DNA from: Porphyridium purpureum
Lineage: Eukaryota
Direction of reading: 5' to 3'
NCBI GenBank assembly: GCA_008690995.1
Contig: VRMN01000001.1
Span: forward strand, 1,922,001-1,986,000
DNA length: 64,000 nucleotides
Both the position numbers and the translations under genes were made by a program. Shown here in pieces: positions 31,035 to 41,881 of the stretch (positions are counted from its first letter, which is position 1; the number at the start of each line of letters is the position of its first letter). The notes under the pieces were generated by a model. That model made no database searches, was not told the origin of the DNA, and saw only the letters and a program-made list of their open reading frames with translations.

Positions 31035-33011
31035 CTAAATAGAAACAGAAAAAGCGGAACCGTTTGCATTCTGCACAGGTAGGACCACGGGACTGAGAAG
31101 AGACCACTCGTACCACACTTTGTCACCGTCCTGGCGTCTCCAAAACTGGGCCTGGCAAATACTTTCAGCGGGGAGCAGGGGTGCACTCCGCAAGGGAAAC
31201 AGCACCGAAAGCCAACTGTGCATGCCGTGTGTATGCGTTCCTGGTACCGTTGAAATTCCGATGTCCTTGTATAGTCTCGCCTCAAAGTATGCGCCAAAGC
31301 CGTGCAAGCGTGTGCTTTCGAGCACACCAAACTCAACGCACTGCGTTTGTTCTGACTGCGACATGGTTAAACCCGTAGATGCGTCGGCCAAGTTCGGCAG
31401 ACTGAAATCAAAGCACGCCTGCACGGCCGCAATCTGCAAAGCGCGATGCATGGCAACGACGTACGGGCAGTCAAATGCCGAAACACCTTCGTCGCCAATT
31501 AGACAAACTTCAGAGTAGAGCTTGGGTGAAGTGATTGGCGCAACATAAGTCGTAATATTCGACGGAATCACGACCGTGTCCTCCTTAAAGTAGCGGGAAA
31601 TGCCCTCGACGTACTCAGGCAGCATTTCATTGTCGCCCATCGCGCCAATCATTTCAGATACTACGAGGTCCACTCGCACGGCGCTTTCCCAATCGCGCGG
31701 GTCCCCGTATACAATGTTAACATTGGTCCAGCCCAGCTCTACCTTCATATTCTGAAGTGAGACGAGCGTGTTGCTGTTGCGCTCGAGCACTATGATTTTG
31801 GCCTTGCGTTCATATTCGGTCAAGCATTCGTTCACTACGCGGACCATCCCACCGCGTCCGCCACCAAGTACAACAATTACCATTACGGTCTGGTCTGCGG
31901 CCCGATGCTCTGAAAGATACAGCTTGATTGCATCCGCGTACTTGCCAAACTTGACAGCATCGGCCTCTTGAAAGTCAAATCGCTGTGCCTCGAGGTTGGT
32001 GCGGAACGGCTTGCCTAGTGGTTGCAAGTAGTCATGAAAAATCTCACGGATCTGCTCCGCGTCGCCTTCCGGCGGCTGCTTACCGAACAAGTGTGCGAGA
32101 TACTGCACGTACAGCTTGTTTGCGCCCCCGTCCTTATCGATCTTGACATTAGGCTCGTCGCTGATGCAAAACAAGGGTTGGTACTTAAACATGGCCTTGA
32201 GAAAATCCTGGTGTCGCTTACTCAGAACAGGGTAGCCCAGCTTGTTCGGCACAAACGCGTTCTTGTTGATCAAAAACACATACACAAACTCTGCCAACCA
32301 GCGCTCAAGCACCGCCTTTGTCGGCAGCTCCGAGCTCATTTCTAGCATAAGGCCTAGGTTCGGATGGTTTCCGCTGAACGAACGCACAAACTCCCACTTT
32401 AGCCATGCACTGCTTGCGTGCTCCAGCTCGCTCTCCGCAACCATGTCTTGCGAGTCGTTCGATTCTCTCGAGCCGTCGACAGTTGAACCAGCCGCCGAAC
32501 CTGGCAAGGTCAGCGAGCCCAAGCCCACCTTGATCAGGATCTGCATGAACGGGTACCTATTAAGCGTGCAGCACACTACTCGTGCAAAGTTTGAGATGGT
32601 AACTGCGTTCGCATCTGGAATATCGATCACGATGGCTTGCATGGACAAATAATTTGCAAAGCTCACTTCACGGTCAAGACTCCATTCGGAAAATTGGCGC
32701 ACCTTATCTATTGGCGAGTCAAGCCGCAGCCATGGACTTACACGTCCAATAATCGCCGTTTTCCACTCCTTGGACGTGAGCTCGGACTCAGAGCGACACA
32801 ACGGCTGCAGCGCGTCCGTGCTTTTGGCGTCTAGGAACGGGCTCTTCCCACCTTTCAACGCGGCTGCATACCGTGTGTGAACGATGGGAGCCACCACAAA
32901 ATCGCAACCATCCGTCTCTAGGAGCTCTAGTGTCGGCTTCAGGCGTTCCACGTACGGAAAACTCACTCCGATACTGATCTGCTTACCACTTACCGGATGC
33001 GTTACCACCAT
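31035..33011 (-). CDS. PRMT5: Protein arginine methyltransferase 5-like (divergent)
   Basis: TIM-barrel N-terminus (GRVSPWLRLDS, NKLGYPVLSKRHQ), VLGGGRG, VSEMIGAMGDNE double-E loop, HGFGAYF, GMHSW and KVWYEW. First ATG is at 33011. Confidence 0.88.
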   Translation of the reverse strand: MVVTHPVSGKQISIGVSFPYVERLKPTLELLETDGCDFVVAPIVHTRYAAALKGGKSPFLDAKSTDALQPLCRSESELTSKEWKTAIIGRVSPWLRLDSPIDKVRQFSEWSLDREVSFANYLSMQAIVIDIPDANAVTISNFARVVCCTLNRYPFMQILIKVGLGSLTLPGSAAGSTVDGSRESNDSQDMVAESELEHASSAWLKWEFVRSFSGNHPNLGLMLEMSSELPTKAVLERWLAEFVYVFLINKNAFVPNKLGYPVLSKRHQDFLKAMFKYQPLFCISDEPNVKIDKDGGANKLYVQYLAHLFGKQPPEGDAEQIREIFHDYLQPLGKPFRTNLEAQRFDFQEADAVKFGKYADAIKLYLSEHRAADQTVMVIVVLGGGRGGMVRVVNECLTEYERKAKIIVLERNSNTLVSLQNMKVELGWTNVNIVYGDPRDWESAVRVDLVVSEMIGAMGDNEMLPEYVEGISRYFKEDTVVIPSNITTYVAPITSPKLYSEVCLIGDEGVSAFDCPYVVAMHRALQIAAVQACFDFSLPNLADASTGLTMSQSEQTQCVEFGVLESTRLHGFGAYFEARLYKDIGISTVPGTHTHGMHSWLSVLFPLRSAPLLPAESICQAQFWRRQDGDKVWYEWSLLSPVVLPVQNANGSAFSVSI

Positions 33012-33827
33012 GATGAACGATCCGCCGTTGAGTACGTTTACCTGGCGAACGGTCCACGTCTCCTCTGTCTCGCCCCTCTTTCTAGCACACCCGACGCGCA
33101 AGCGCTCATGCAAAGCCAAGCAACGATGCCGCACGCGCACGCGCCCGCGCAAAGCCAAAAGACAAGGCCACGGAGTCTCACTGCTCCTTTACCGTTCTCT
33201 CTTTTTTGTGCCGCGATTCGTTTGCCGCTTTCTTTTCCTTTGTGGCTTCCCGTTCGAATCCTTGGGCTGGTCGCTTCCCCTGCGGTCCACCCAACCCGAT
33301 CCCAGCTGCTGCGGCCTGCAGGCGGATTTCGCGGGATCTCGGCGATTGCAAAACGCGCGCGAGTGCCAGCCGGCGCAAGACGACGATCGGGCGCCACACG
33401 AAGGAGACCCCGCAGCTACTCCAAGCGCCGTCGCGCGTCTCCCAACTTTCTCGCACGCGTGAGCTCAGTGTGCCAAACGGAGCGAGCCGGCCCGCTTGCT
33501 GTACTCACACCTTGACCGGTGTACTCTCTGTCAGTCAGGCTACCGCAGTAGTGTACAGTTACGTTCCGTGTCCGTCGGAATCGGCTAGCACGGGCGGGAG
33601 AAAGCGGCTCAAGTGGCTTGTGCGGGGGAAAGTTGCTTGTCGTGCTGTGATGATTCAGCAGCGTGAGCTTGTCCACGCGCCATCGGCACAGAGGACGTGC
33701 CAAAGTACTTGCTTTCTCAGTTTAGTATATGTCAAGCGAGAATAAACAAAAATTAGGATGGACACATGACGCGGCACGGAACTCGGTTCCACGGGATGCG
33801 AACGTCGACGAAAATGCGGGTCGCTAA

Positions 33828-34493
33828 TTAGAGGATCGAAGGAATCAACGGACACATCGGACCGCAGCAGCACACTGGGGCAAAGTCTGCAGTGGTGATA
33901 CCAGGACTGAACTCTTCACTGCATCCACGGTAATTGTTGCTGAACGCGCACGAGTTGCCTCCTGCAAGATCGACACCCGGTGCGTCACTGTTGCCTGACG
34001 AGCCGGAACACCCTAAGGGCATGAAAATTCCGTTTGTCAAATCTCTGACCTCGTTGTTGCGGAGCTGCGCGGTGCCCGCCTCGTTACACACAGCATTGTG
34101 CAATCGGCAAATGTTGTCGCACGAAGTTGTCGCAAAATCCATCGTCATGGGATCAATCGTGCGATACCCAATCACCCAGTCATACTGTGGGGTTGAAATG
34201 AGACAGGACTCCATCACACACTCTGGATTGACGCACACGCTGGACTCGACAATACACGAGTACCCTGGCGCCATAATTGGTTCGCTGTTGTCAAAAATGT
34301 AGCTTACGGGGAGCTCGCACAGCGTGGTTTCGCACGAACCGGGCGTTCCAATGCTACACTGTTGGTCATCACGTGTGTAGCATACGCCGACCAAGCCCTC
34401 TTGCGCGCACACGCTGCTCGCGCCCAGCGCGACTAGGAGAAGCAGTCCAACTATCCATCGTCTGTCCCGGTGACACCGCGCTCGCATTTGCAT
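33828..34493 (-). CDS. Secreted cysteine-rich protein
   Basis: Signal peptide (RRWIVGLLLLVALGASSVCA|Q); 18 Cys in the mature part; SCDNICRLHNAVC...APVCCC. Confidence 0.75.
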   Translation of the reverse strand: MQMRARCHRDRRWIVGLLLLVALGASSVCAQEGLVGVCYTRDDQQCSIGTPGSCETTLCELPVSYIFDNSEPIMAPGYSCIVESSVCVNPECVMESCLISTPQYDWVIGYRTIDPMTMDFATTSCDNICRLHNAVCNEAGTAQLRNNEVRDLTNGIFMPLGCSGSSGNSDAPGVDLAGGNSCAFSNNYRGCSEEFSPGITTADFAPVCCCGPMCPLIPSIL

Positions 34494-36703
34494 TCCGCTC
34501 CCACATTCCGCCGCCGCGTGTAAAACCGATGTGCACTGCGTCTCCGACTGAATCGGACCCATTCCTCCTCTCATCCCCCTCCTCCCTTCCTAGACCTCTC
34601 AGCCGCAGATATACGATACGCTTCCCGGGCGACGCGCCTCCGCTTCCCTTCACGCAGCACAAGGCGATACAATGGCGCGCAAGACCTACAGTGCTTCAAC
34701 CGGTCAAATGACCATACCCTCCACCCCACCGCAATGCGCCCTTCACGTTTCCTCTTCTTCACCCCCCCTCCTTTCTGTCGGCAGGCCCGACCCCCCCTCT
34801 GTGCTCCCACTTTTTGTGTGCACCATGACCGCCGCAGCGACCGTACACATGGCCGACGCGGATTTCCGGACTTCGGTAATTCCGGATTTCGGTCATCCAG
34901 CACCACAAGCCAAACCGAACTTCCTCACCGGCCTTTTCGTGTTGGCACAGCCGCGCGCGTGTCTTTCTACGCGGCTCACGTCCATCAAAGGCATGAGTTT
35001 ATGATTTGTAGTCGTTATGGTTTCCATGTTTTCATGCCACTTTTGGATGCAAAACTGATGCCGGGGCCAGGGGCGGCGGCGCAGATTCAGCACGCAGATG
35101 CAAACCGTTTTGAATTTACCTTTGTTGTTTGTTATTTGTACTTCAATAACGCACGCTGACGCGTTGAGCGTGGAACAGCGAGAACGCGCGCAGAGAGTCC
35201 GAAACGGACGCGCCCTCCCATCCAAACGCCTCGATTTTGCACTCACGCTATTTTTGGCTCACCCGGCCTGAATCCGCACGCGATAGGTGGAAAAATACAA
35301 AAGCTCAAAAAATCATAGAACGCATACAATTATATATACAGGCGCAGAGGATTCTGCCCAAAAAAAACATGGCGAGCAGCGCAGCGGTCAGCAAGCGTTC
35401 CGTGGAAGGAAGATTCGGTGTGGGTACAGTTGCGTCGAGAATGCGGAGAGGTACAGTGACCGGTGAAACGAGCTGGAGCTGGACCGGTGGCGCGCTAAGT
35501 TTACACGCACGGTGTCACGGCTTGTAAATCGTTCGGTGTGCATGGGTGTATATGTTTGTGAATGTATAGAAAGAGGTGGCGGGTTCTGGGAATCATGAGA
35601 GACTGATTACAGCGCTCGGAAACTTCTGATTTCGGCGCTGCAACGTGCGGCACAAGCACATGGAATAGGCTCTTCCTGCGGGGCTTGGCGAGTCCTCGAA
35701 CGACCTTGCGCGCAAGGCGGTGCAGACTTTGAAATCGGCTGATTCATGCACGCACGTGGGTCGATCTCCTGGGGTTCCATGCTTCCTCGCCGTGATGCCA
35801 CGCCCTGTTCGATGGAAACGGTAGGCCGCATTCTACATGATGAAGTAATAAATTGCTACGCTGGGGAGACTCCCACGTTTAATGTCGCGCAGTGTGACCC
35901 CCGCGGCGCGAATTTGGCCGCAAGTTTGACGGAATCAATAAATTCACGCGATGCGTTGAGCGGAGCAGTGTCCGAGGCAAAACAATGGATTCGACTGGGA
36001 CAATTCACTTTGCCCACGAACCTCCTACAGATCACGTGTAATACATTTTCTGCCACTCCTAGGCGGGCTATTGTTGATGGGCTCAACATATCGTACTCTC
36101 CGTAGTACGGCCTCTCAGGCGCTCTGCTGGACGCGTGCCCGGAAAATGCCGTCTGCATGTTGATATCGTAGCTAACCATAATTGTCTCGACTTCAACCCA
36201 GCAGTTGGATAGTTGTCTGATGGATGGTCACCTCCTCAAGATGCTGCGCCATCAAAGAACTCCCCAGGCCAAAGTTCGCTGCACGTGCGGTGCAGGCGGC
36301 ATCTGCGTCAAGTGACGGCCTGCCGAGATTCGTGCATTGGCGACCGTACTGAGTTACCTCGTTCGATTCAGAAGAAAACGGTACCCTGCCTAGGCATCCT
36401 CATCCGGAACGACGTTTTCCATGTGGCCTCTTCAGAGTGCGTGCTCACTTCACATGCCGCACGTCCAATTCACAGGGACTGAGACTCTTCGTCCATCGTT
36501 TTCGCGAAGTCCCGGGCACATCAGACTTGGCCCTCACGGCCAACACGCGATCGACATTTCTGTGCGGGCTTTCAGTGACACAACTGCACTGTGTGCCCAT
36601 TACTTGGCGATCGCCATGCATTCGCGAATGCGCTCCCTCTGACGTTCGAACTTGTATTGCCTTTCACGCTCAATCGAGTCCCGAATATCCAAAGTTCTCG
36701 AAA

Positions 36704-37777
36704 ATGTCACGGCAACCTGCAGCTGCGACGACGGACGGCCAAGTGGATCAGAACGCACGCAAGATGGAGGAGAATGGTGAGGCTGAGGAAGTAGTGCGTG
36801 AGAGTCGTCGGCAAAGACGGCGGCGGCGATCTTTGTCTGCGCTGGACGGGGAAAACGGTGTTCGCGACCCAGCTTCTGAATCTACGCGGACTGGTCCGTC
36901 TTCGCGCCAATCCATTGACGTTTGTGTGAGTCTGGATGCTTTCTGGGAACACGAGCAGCGCTCCAACGTCAGTGATGATCTCGTTTCTACGGAAAAGCAC
37001 ACTAAGAAGAAGCGCAGGTCCTTGCCAGGTGCCCAAGCATTAGCGGATGGTTCGAATGAAGCGCAGCAGCCCAGCAAAGCCAGGTCGTTGGCACAGGTTA
37101 TGAAATCTGTCAAGCATCCTGAGCGGTGGGTAGATCGCCTAGCACGGGTTCTGGAGAAGAGTGTGGACTTGCTGGATCTATGCACTAGCGATATGAGGAC
37201 TGAGAGCGCGAACCCTGGTAATGAGCGGGAAGATTTGCTTGAAAAGCCAAAGGCACGTGACAAGGATATCGTGTCTTTAATGGTCGCTGACTTAATCAAA
37301 CTGAATGGTGCTCTGCCAAACCTCGCACGTGCGTCAATCTGGCGGCGCGCCTCGCGTTGCGCGACGTTCCACGAAAGGCAGGCAAGTAAAGCGGCAGCGA
37401 GAGAGGAGCAGCACCGCGAATCCGAGAAAGTCAGATCCGACGGACGCTTTGCGTTTTTAGAGGACGGCGCTGGGTCGGACTTTGAACTTTTCTCGACGGA
37501 GTTAGGAATGAAGTATACCGCAAGCGTCGGTGCGCTTGACCCAGCTGCGGGGGACACGCAAACAAAGTTTGAAGATCTTTTTATGGAATTTGCAACCAGG
37601 GAATTTGAACCTTCCATGGACAAGCTGATGTCATCGGAGAATCTGGATGCCGAGCGTACCTTGCTGCTTGCTCGCTTCCTGCGACAAAGCGCTGGCGCAT
37701 TCCACGAGAATTATCAACGAGCCGCAATTGACCTTTTTCACAGCGACAGAATGTGTGCACGTGAAGCCACGGAGTAA
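36704..37777 (+). CDS. Hypothetical protein with a C-terminal Rsa3-like (ribosome assembly) domain
   Basis: Basic NLS-like runs (RRQRRRRR, KKKRR); FEDLFMEFATREFEPSMDKL...LLLARFLRQSAGAF resembles the Rsa3 domain as recalled. First ATG is at 36704. Confidence 0.55.
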   Translation: MSRQPAAATTDGQVDQNARKMEENGEAEEVVRESRRQRRRRRSLSALDGENGVRDPASESTRTGPSSRQSIDVCVSLDAFWEHEQRSNVSDDLVSTEKHTKKKRRSLPGAQALADGSNEAQQPSKARSLAQVMKSVKHPERWVDRLARVLEKSVDLLDLCTSDMRTESANPGNEREDLLEKPKARDKDIVSLMVADLIKLNGALPNLARASIWRRASRCATFHERQASKAAAREEQHRESEKVRSDGRFAFLEDGAGSDFELFSTELGMKYTASVGALDPAAGDTQTKFEDLFMEFATREFEPSMDKLMSSENLDAERTLLLARFLRQSAGAFHENYQRAAIDLFHSDRMCAREATE

Positions 37778-37849
37778 AGTGACTTGATCAAGTTGCTCGC
37801 TCAGCATAAGATCGACAAGATACCGTTCGCCAAGATCATGATATATCTT

Positions 37850-40800
37850 CTACCGCTTGTCGTCTCGTCTCAGAAGTACAAACTTCAGGAATTCATCCAC
37901 CGCAACCACTGGTGCAGCGCATGCAACAATCCACCCCCACTCATCCAGCGGCAGGGGAGCATTCCCGAACACGCGAGCGAGTGGTGCAAAGTACAGCGTG
38001 GCGACATGAGCGCAAAAAGACACGGTAATTCCTGCAACGAGCCACTTGTTGCGCCACGGTGGAACGCGCAGCAGCGATTCGCGCTCAGAGACACTGTTCA
38101 AGGCGTTGAACATCTCTAGGGTGACCATGGTGCTCATTGCCACCGTGCGCGCTGCACACGCTGCACCATCTCTCTCACTGGCTCCACTGAAGAGCCCACT
38201 CGTCATCAGCTGTGCGTCCGCAAAGGAAAGCATCGGACCATGCACAGAGAAGCATAGATAGTGGATGTATGTCGCCATGCATGCCAGGCCACAATACAGC
38301 CCCACGCTCATAAAGCGAATGATGCTGATGCGGTCGATGATGGATGCGTCTGGGCTCACAGGAGCCTGCTGCATCACATTCGAGTCGCGCGGATTAAACG
38401 ATAACGCGGCAGCTGGTAGGCCGTCAGTCACGAGGTTCAGCCACAGAAGCTGCACAGGGACGAATGGATCCGGCAGGTGCAACATCGACGCAAAAAATAG
38501 CGCAAAGACCTCCCCCACGTTGCTGCTAATCAAGTATCGTGTAAGCTGCCGAATATTCGCATAAATGCTGCGCCCCTCGGACACCGCCGCAACAATGGTG
38601 GCGAAATTATCGTCCGCCAAAACCATTTTGCTCGCCTCCCTCGCCACGGCCGTGCCGCTTCCCATGGCAATACCGATGTCGGCGCGCTTGAGCGCAGGCG
38701 CGTCGTTCACGCCGTCCCCAGTCATTGCGACGACGAGCCCTTTCCGCTTCAGTAGATCTACGATACGCAGTTTGTCGAGCGGGTCTGTGCGACTGAAGAT
38801 ACTTGTTGAATCGAGACGCTTCATGGCCTCGATATCTGACAAGCTCGCGAGCTCGCTGCCTGTCATCACTTGGTCGCTGTTGCCATCTGTGATGCCCACT
38901 TGCATGCAAACTCTCACTGCAGTGGCCTCTGCATCGCCTGTGATTACTATGATCCGGATGCCTGCATCCTTCGCTTCGCGCACCGCCCCCTCAACTTCCT
39001 CACGCGGGGGGTCTAGAATACCGCACAAGCCCACAAGCGTGAGGCCGCTCTCATATGTCTCCACATAAGCACAGTCGTCGAGCCTTGCTACGTCCAAGGC
39101 TGGTAAGTCCGTGCGTTGTGCTAGTGCAATGATGCGCAGCCCGTCGCGGCTCCACGACGACATGATTTGCGCTTTGACATCCTCGCTCAGCGCTACCGTA
39201 GCTCCTGTTTCCGTCAGAATGCTCGAGCAGCGAGCCATAACACTTTCTGGTGCACCCTTCACGTAGAGTATGCTCCGAGACTGCTCGTCTTCCACAATCA
39301 CTCCCATGGAACGTCTGTGTCTGTCGAATTCGAGCGTTTGTGTCCGCCGAAGCGACGCTTCAAATACAGCGCGTGCATTGCGCCTCTGCAGCACCTGCTG
39401 TGTGATTTTTTCGGCAAGCACGAGCAGGCTGAGCTCTGTGCTTTCTCCTGTCGTACGCAGAGGCTGCGCGTTCTTGTCCGCGTTCTCTTCCGCGTTCCCG
39501 TCCGCGTCTTTGCTGAACTCGATGCGTGCATCATTACACAGAACGCAGATCCGCGCCATGGTTAGAAGAGGCTCCACGCATGAGTCGCCAAATTCGCCAT
39601 TCATGAGAACACGACCAGTGGAGCTGTAGCCATTTCCACTGACCGCGAGCAGCTCGGCCGGTCGCGACGGAAATGAAATGTTTTGCACGCACATGCGATT
39701 CATCGTGAGCGTGCCTGTCTTGTCACTGCAAATTACCTGGGTGCTCCCCAACGTCTCCGCGGCGGGGAGATATCGAACAATGGCAGCACGTCGCGCCATT
39801 CGATTCGCACCGAGCGCCAGGCTGGACGTGACCACTGCCGGGAGCCCCTCCGGAACGGCTGCAATCGCGAGGGCGACGGACGTCTTGAGGTGGAACAGTG
39901 CGTTCTCTATCAAAGAGCTGCTGTCCTTCAGGGAATCGGTACTTATCGAGTTTGCCACGTTTGCCGCCCAAATTACCGAACAGAACACGAGCACGATAAG
40001 CGACAGCTGGTTTCCGAATACCTCGAGCTTTCTCTGAAGTGGCGTGAGTTCACGAGTCGCGACTTCGAAACCCGTCAAGCTGGCACGAATGCGACCGATC
40101 TCTGTATTTAGTCCCGTAGCTGTAACGAGCGCCAGACACCGTCCAGACACCACTGCAGATCCGCAAAACGCCATGCAGTCCAACTCACTCAAAGACGTGT
40201 TTGTCCGTGCCACCAGTGCGGCTCCTCCCACTCCGCTTGATGATAGAGATGGCGTTTCCGACTTGCAAACCGCCTCGCTCTCTCCAGTGATGACACTCTG
40301 GTCAACCTGAAGCCTTGGACTCAGGATATGCGCCACTCGCACGTCGGCGGGAACCTTGTCGCCATTTTTCAGGCAAACGACGTCACCAGGTACAAGCTCT
40401 GAGGCATCCACAACTTGACTGATACCGCCATCGCGTAGGACGACGCAAGAAACCTTTTCGTATTCCTTGAGCGCTGCAATCGCGTTCTCGGCGCTACTCT
40501 CTTGCGCCAAGCCCACACACGCATTCAGCACCAGGAACAGGGACAGCACGATTGGTTCCACAAAATACTCGAGAAGTAATGGCTGATCACGATGCTCAAA
40601 TATGCTGAGCGCAAGCGACCCACCCGTAGCCAGCAGCAGCAGCAGCACCAACCGGTCCTCCAATTGGGCCAAAATCTTTCTCCACAGAGGCACAGGCGGC
40701 TCATCGGGCACCGAATTGAACCCATACAGCGCCCTGCGCGCTTCGACCTGCTGTGTAGACAGCCCAGACTCGAGTGAGTCCAGCTCAAAGTCAATGAGCA

Positions 40801-41062
40801 GCTGCGCGATGTCGCGGCGCGCGTGGCTTTGTGCTTCTTTCTGCCCCGGTGCAAGCACCGCTTTTGCGCTCTTTTCGTCCACGACCATGCACATCCGACG
40901 CTCAAGCGTTTTACATCTTGCATTCGCAATCAACGGAATACTCCTTCTGGCGCCGTATGCGTGCGACCGTGTCCATGGCGTGATGGATCTGCGGCTGCAA
41001 CAAGAAATATCTTTGGTCCGCGCGCACACCTTGTGCGCGAGAGCGGTAAACGCAAATGCCAT
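37850..41062 (-). CDS. P-type IIA (SERCA/ECA-like) Ca2+-transporting ATPase
   Basis: TGES, PEGLP, DKTGTLT, KGAPE, DPPR, TGDGVNDAPAL, SSNVGEV, LWLNLVTDGLPA and EMFNALN. Probable start MAF at 41062; the ORF is open from ATG 41203. Confidence 0.92.
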   Translation of the reverse strand: MAFAFTALAHKVCARTKDISCCSRRSITPWTRSHAYGARRSIPLIANARCKTLERRMCMVVDEKSAKAVLAPGQKEAQSHARRDIAQLLIDFELDSLESGLSTQQVEARRALYGFNSVPDEPPVPLWRKILAQLEDRLVLLLLLATGGSLALSIFEHRDQPLLLEYFVEPIVLSLFLVLNACVGLAQESSAENAIAALKEYEKVSCVVLRDGGISQVVDASELVPGDVVCLKNGDKVPADVRVAHILSPRLQVDQSVITGESEAVCKSETPSLSSSGVGGAALVARTNTSLSELDCMAFCGSAVVSGRCLALVTATGLNTEIGRIRASLTGFEVATRELTPLQRKLEVFGNQLSLIVLVFCSVIWAANVANSISTDSLKDSSSLIENALFHLKTSVALAIAAVPEGLPAVVTSSLALGANRMARRAAIVRYLPAAETLGSTQVICSDKTGTLTMNRMCVQNISFPSRPAELLAVSGNGYSSTGRVLMNGEFGDSCVEPLLTMARICVLCNDARIEFSKDADGNAEENADKNAQPLRTTGESTELSLLVLAEKITQQVLQRRNARAVFEASLRRTQTLEFDRHRRSMGVIVEDEQSRSILYVKGAPESVMARCSSILTETGATVALSEDVKAQIMSSWSRDGLRIIALAQRTDLPALDVARLDDCAYVETYESGLTLVGLCGILDPPREEVEGAVREAKDAGIRIIVITGDAEATAVRVCMQVGITDGNSDQVMTGSELASLSDIEAMKRLDSTSIFSRTDPLDKLRIVDLLKRKGLVVAMTGDGVNDAPALKRADIGIAMGSGTAVAREASKMVLADDNFATIVAAVSEGRSIYANIRQLTRYLISSNVGEVFALFFASMLHLPDPFVPVQLLWLNLVTDGLPAAALSFNPRDSNVMQQAPVSPDASIIDRISIIRFMSVGLYCGLACMATYIHYLCFSVHGPMLSFADAQLMTSGLFSGASERDGAACAARTVAMSTMVTLEMFNALNSVSERESLLRVPPWRNKWLVAGITVSFCAHVATLYFAPLARVFGNAPLPLDEWGWIVACAAPVVAVDEFLKFVLLRRDDKR

Positions 41063-41305
41063 TGCAAAAATCAATGCCAGGAGAATGCGCCGGCCGCGGA
41101 CGCAGTAGCGATGCAGGGTCCGGCGACGGCGCAGTCTGGTCCAGATCTTTCTCCTCCACGACGCCCCTTCCGACCATCCGACGCAGCGCCATTGGATGTT
41201 CATCGTCCATCCTTATTCTAAAAACAAGCATTTTAGTACGAAGGAAGGAAAAGTGGCTGGCGCTGAAACGCATTCGGTGTGTCCCGCTGTCCGTCCGGCT
41301 GCTCG

Positions 41306-41881
41306 TTAGCTGGATGGCAACCAGTCGCGCACAACGACTAAGTGCGTGATGAAGAAGGTGGCGACGAGCAAGAAGATGCCAGTCCACGCACCACGCTTGA
41401 CCCACATCATGGACGGCGACTCCTCGTATTCACCCTTCTTCTTTTGCTTGGATCTCAGAGTGGGTTGCTTGAGCTCTTCGCTCAGCCGGGTTGCGTAGTC
41501 TTCCCGCATCAGCTTGATGAGATCTGCGTCCTGCTCAGCCAATGACAATTCGCGCCTTTTGCTGGACCCTGCCTTTGTCTTCGCCCTTCCGGCGTCTGTA
41601 CTCTGGCCGTCCGAGCCTGCATCCTCCGATGCGTGCACCGTCCCAGCCGCAGACCCTTCGGTGTCCCGAGACCTCGTCGGAACCTCAGCGCTACCTTCCG
41701 CTTTATCTGCGCGCCGTGCGCGTCCACCGCCCTGGTTCCGTGCGCGCTTGCCCTTCTTATTCGAGGCGGCACACACCACATCCCCCCCTCGCTGACCTAA
41801 CCGTCCAGCGCTTCCGCCGGCGCACAGACCAGGACATGCCGGAAGCTGCACAAACCCCACGCCAAAGCCCATGCTTCCCAT
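41306..41881 (-). CDS. Hypothetical single-TM protein, probably plastid-targeted
   Basis: MGSMGFGVGFV...VVCA transit-like N-terminus, charged middle region and C-terminal TM (GAWTGIFLLVATFFITHLVVV). Confidence 0.6.
   Translation of the reverse strand: MGSMGFGVGFVQLPACPGLCAGGSAGRLGQRGGDVVCAASNKKGKRARNQGGGRARRADKAEGSAEVPTRSRDTEGSAAGTVHASEDAGSDGQSTDAGRAKTKAGSSKRRELSLAEQDADLIKLMREDYATRLSEELKQPTLRSKQKKKGEYEESPSMMWVKRGAWTGIFLLVATFFITHLVVVRDWLPSS

Noticed and set aside
33252..33261. GTTCGAATCC, a tRNA T-loop/B-box-like sequence
   Set aside because: The flanks do not form a T-stem or cloverleaf.
34991..35061. Hairpin GGCATGA...TCATGCC with a downstream CTGA, possible C/D snoRNA
   Set aside because: No canonical RTGATGA C box and no recognisable rRNA guide sequence.
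35331..35527. TATATATA followed by a 52-codon ORF (ATG 35369)
   Set aside because: The ATG lies about at the expected transcription start, the peptide is featureless, and the ORF contains intergenic-type GTACAG motifs.
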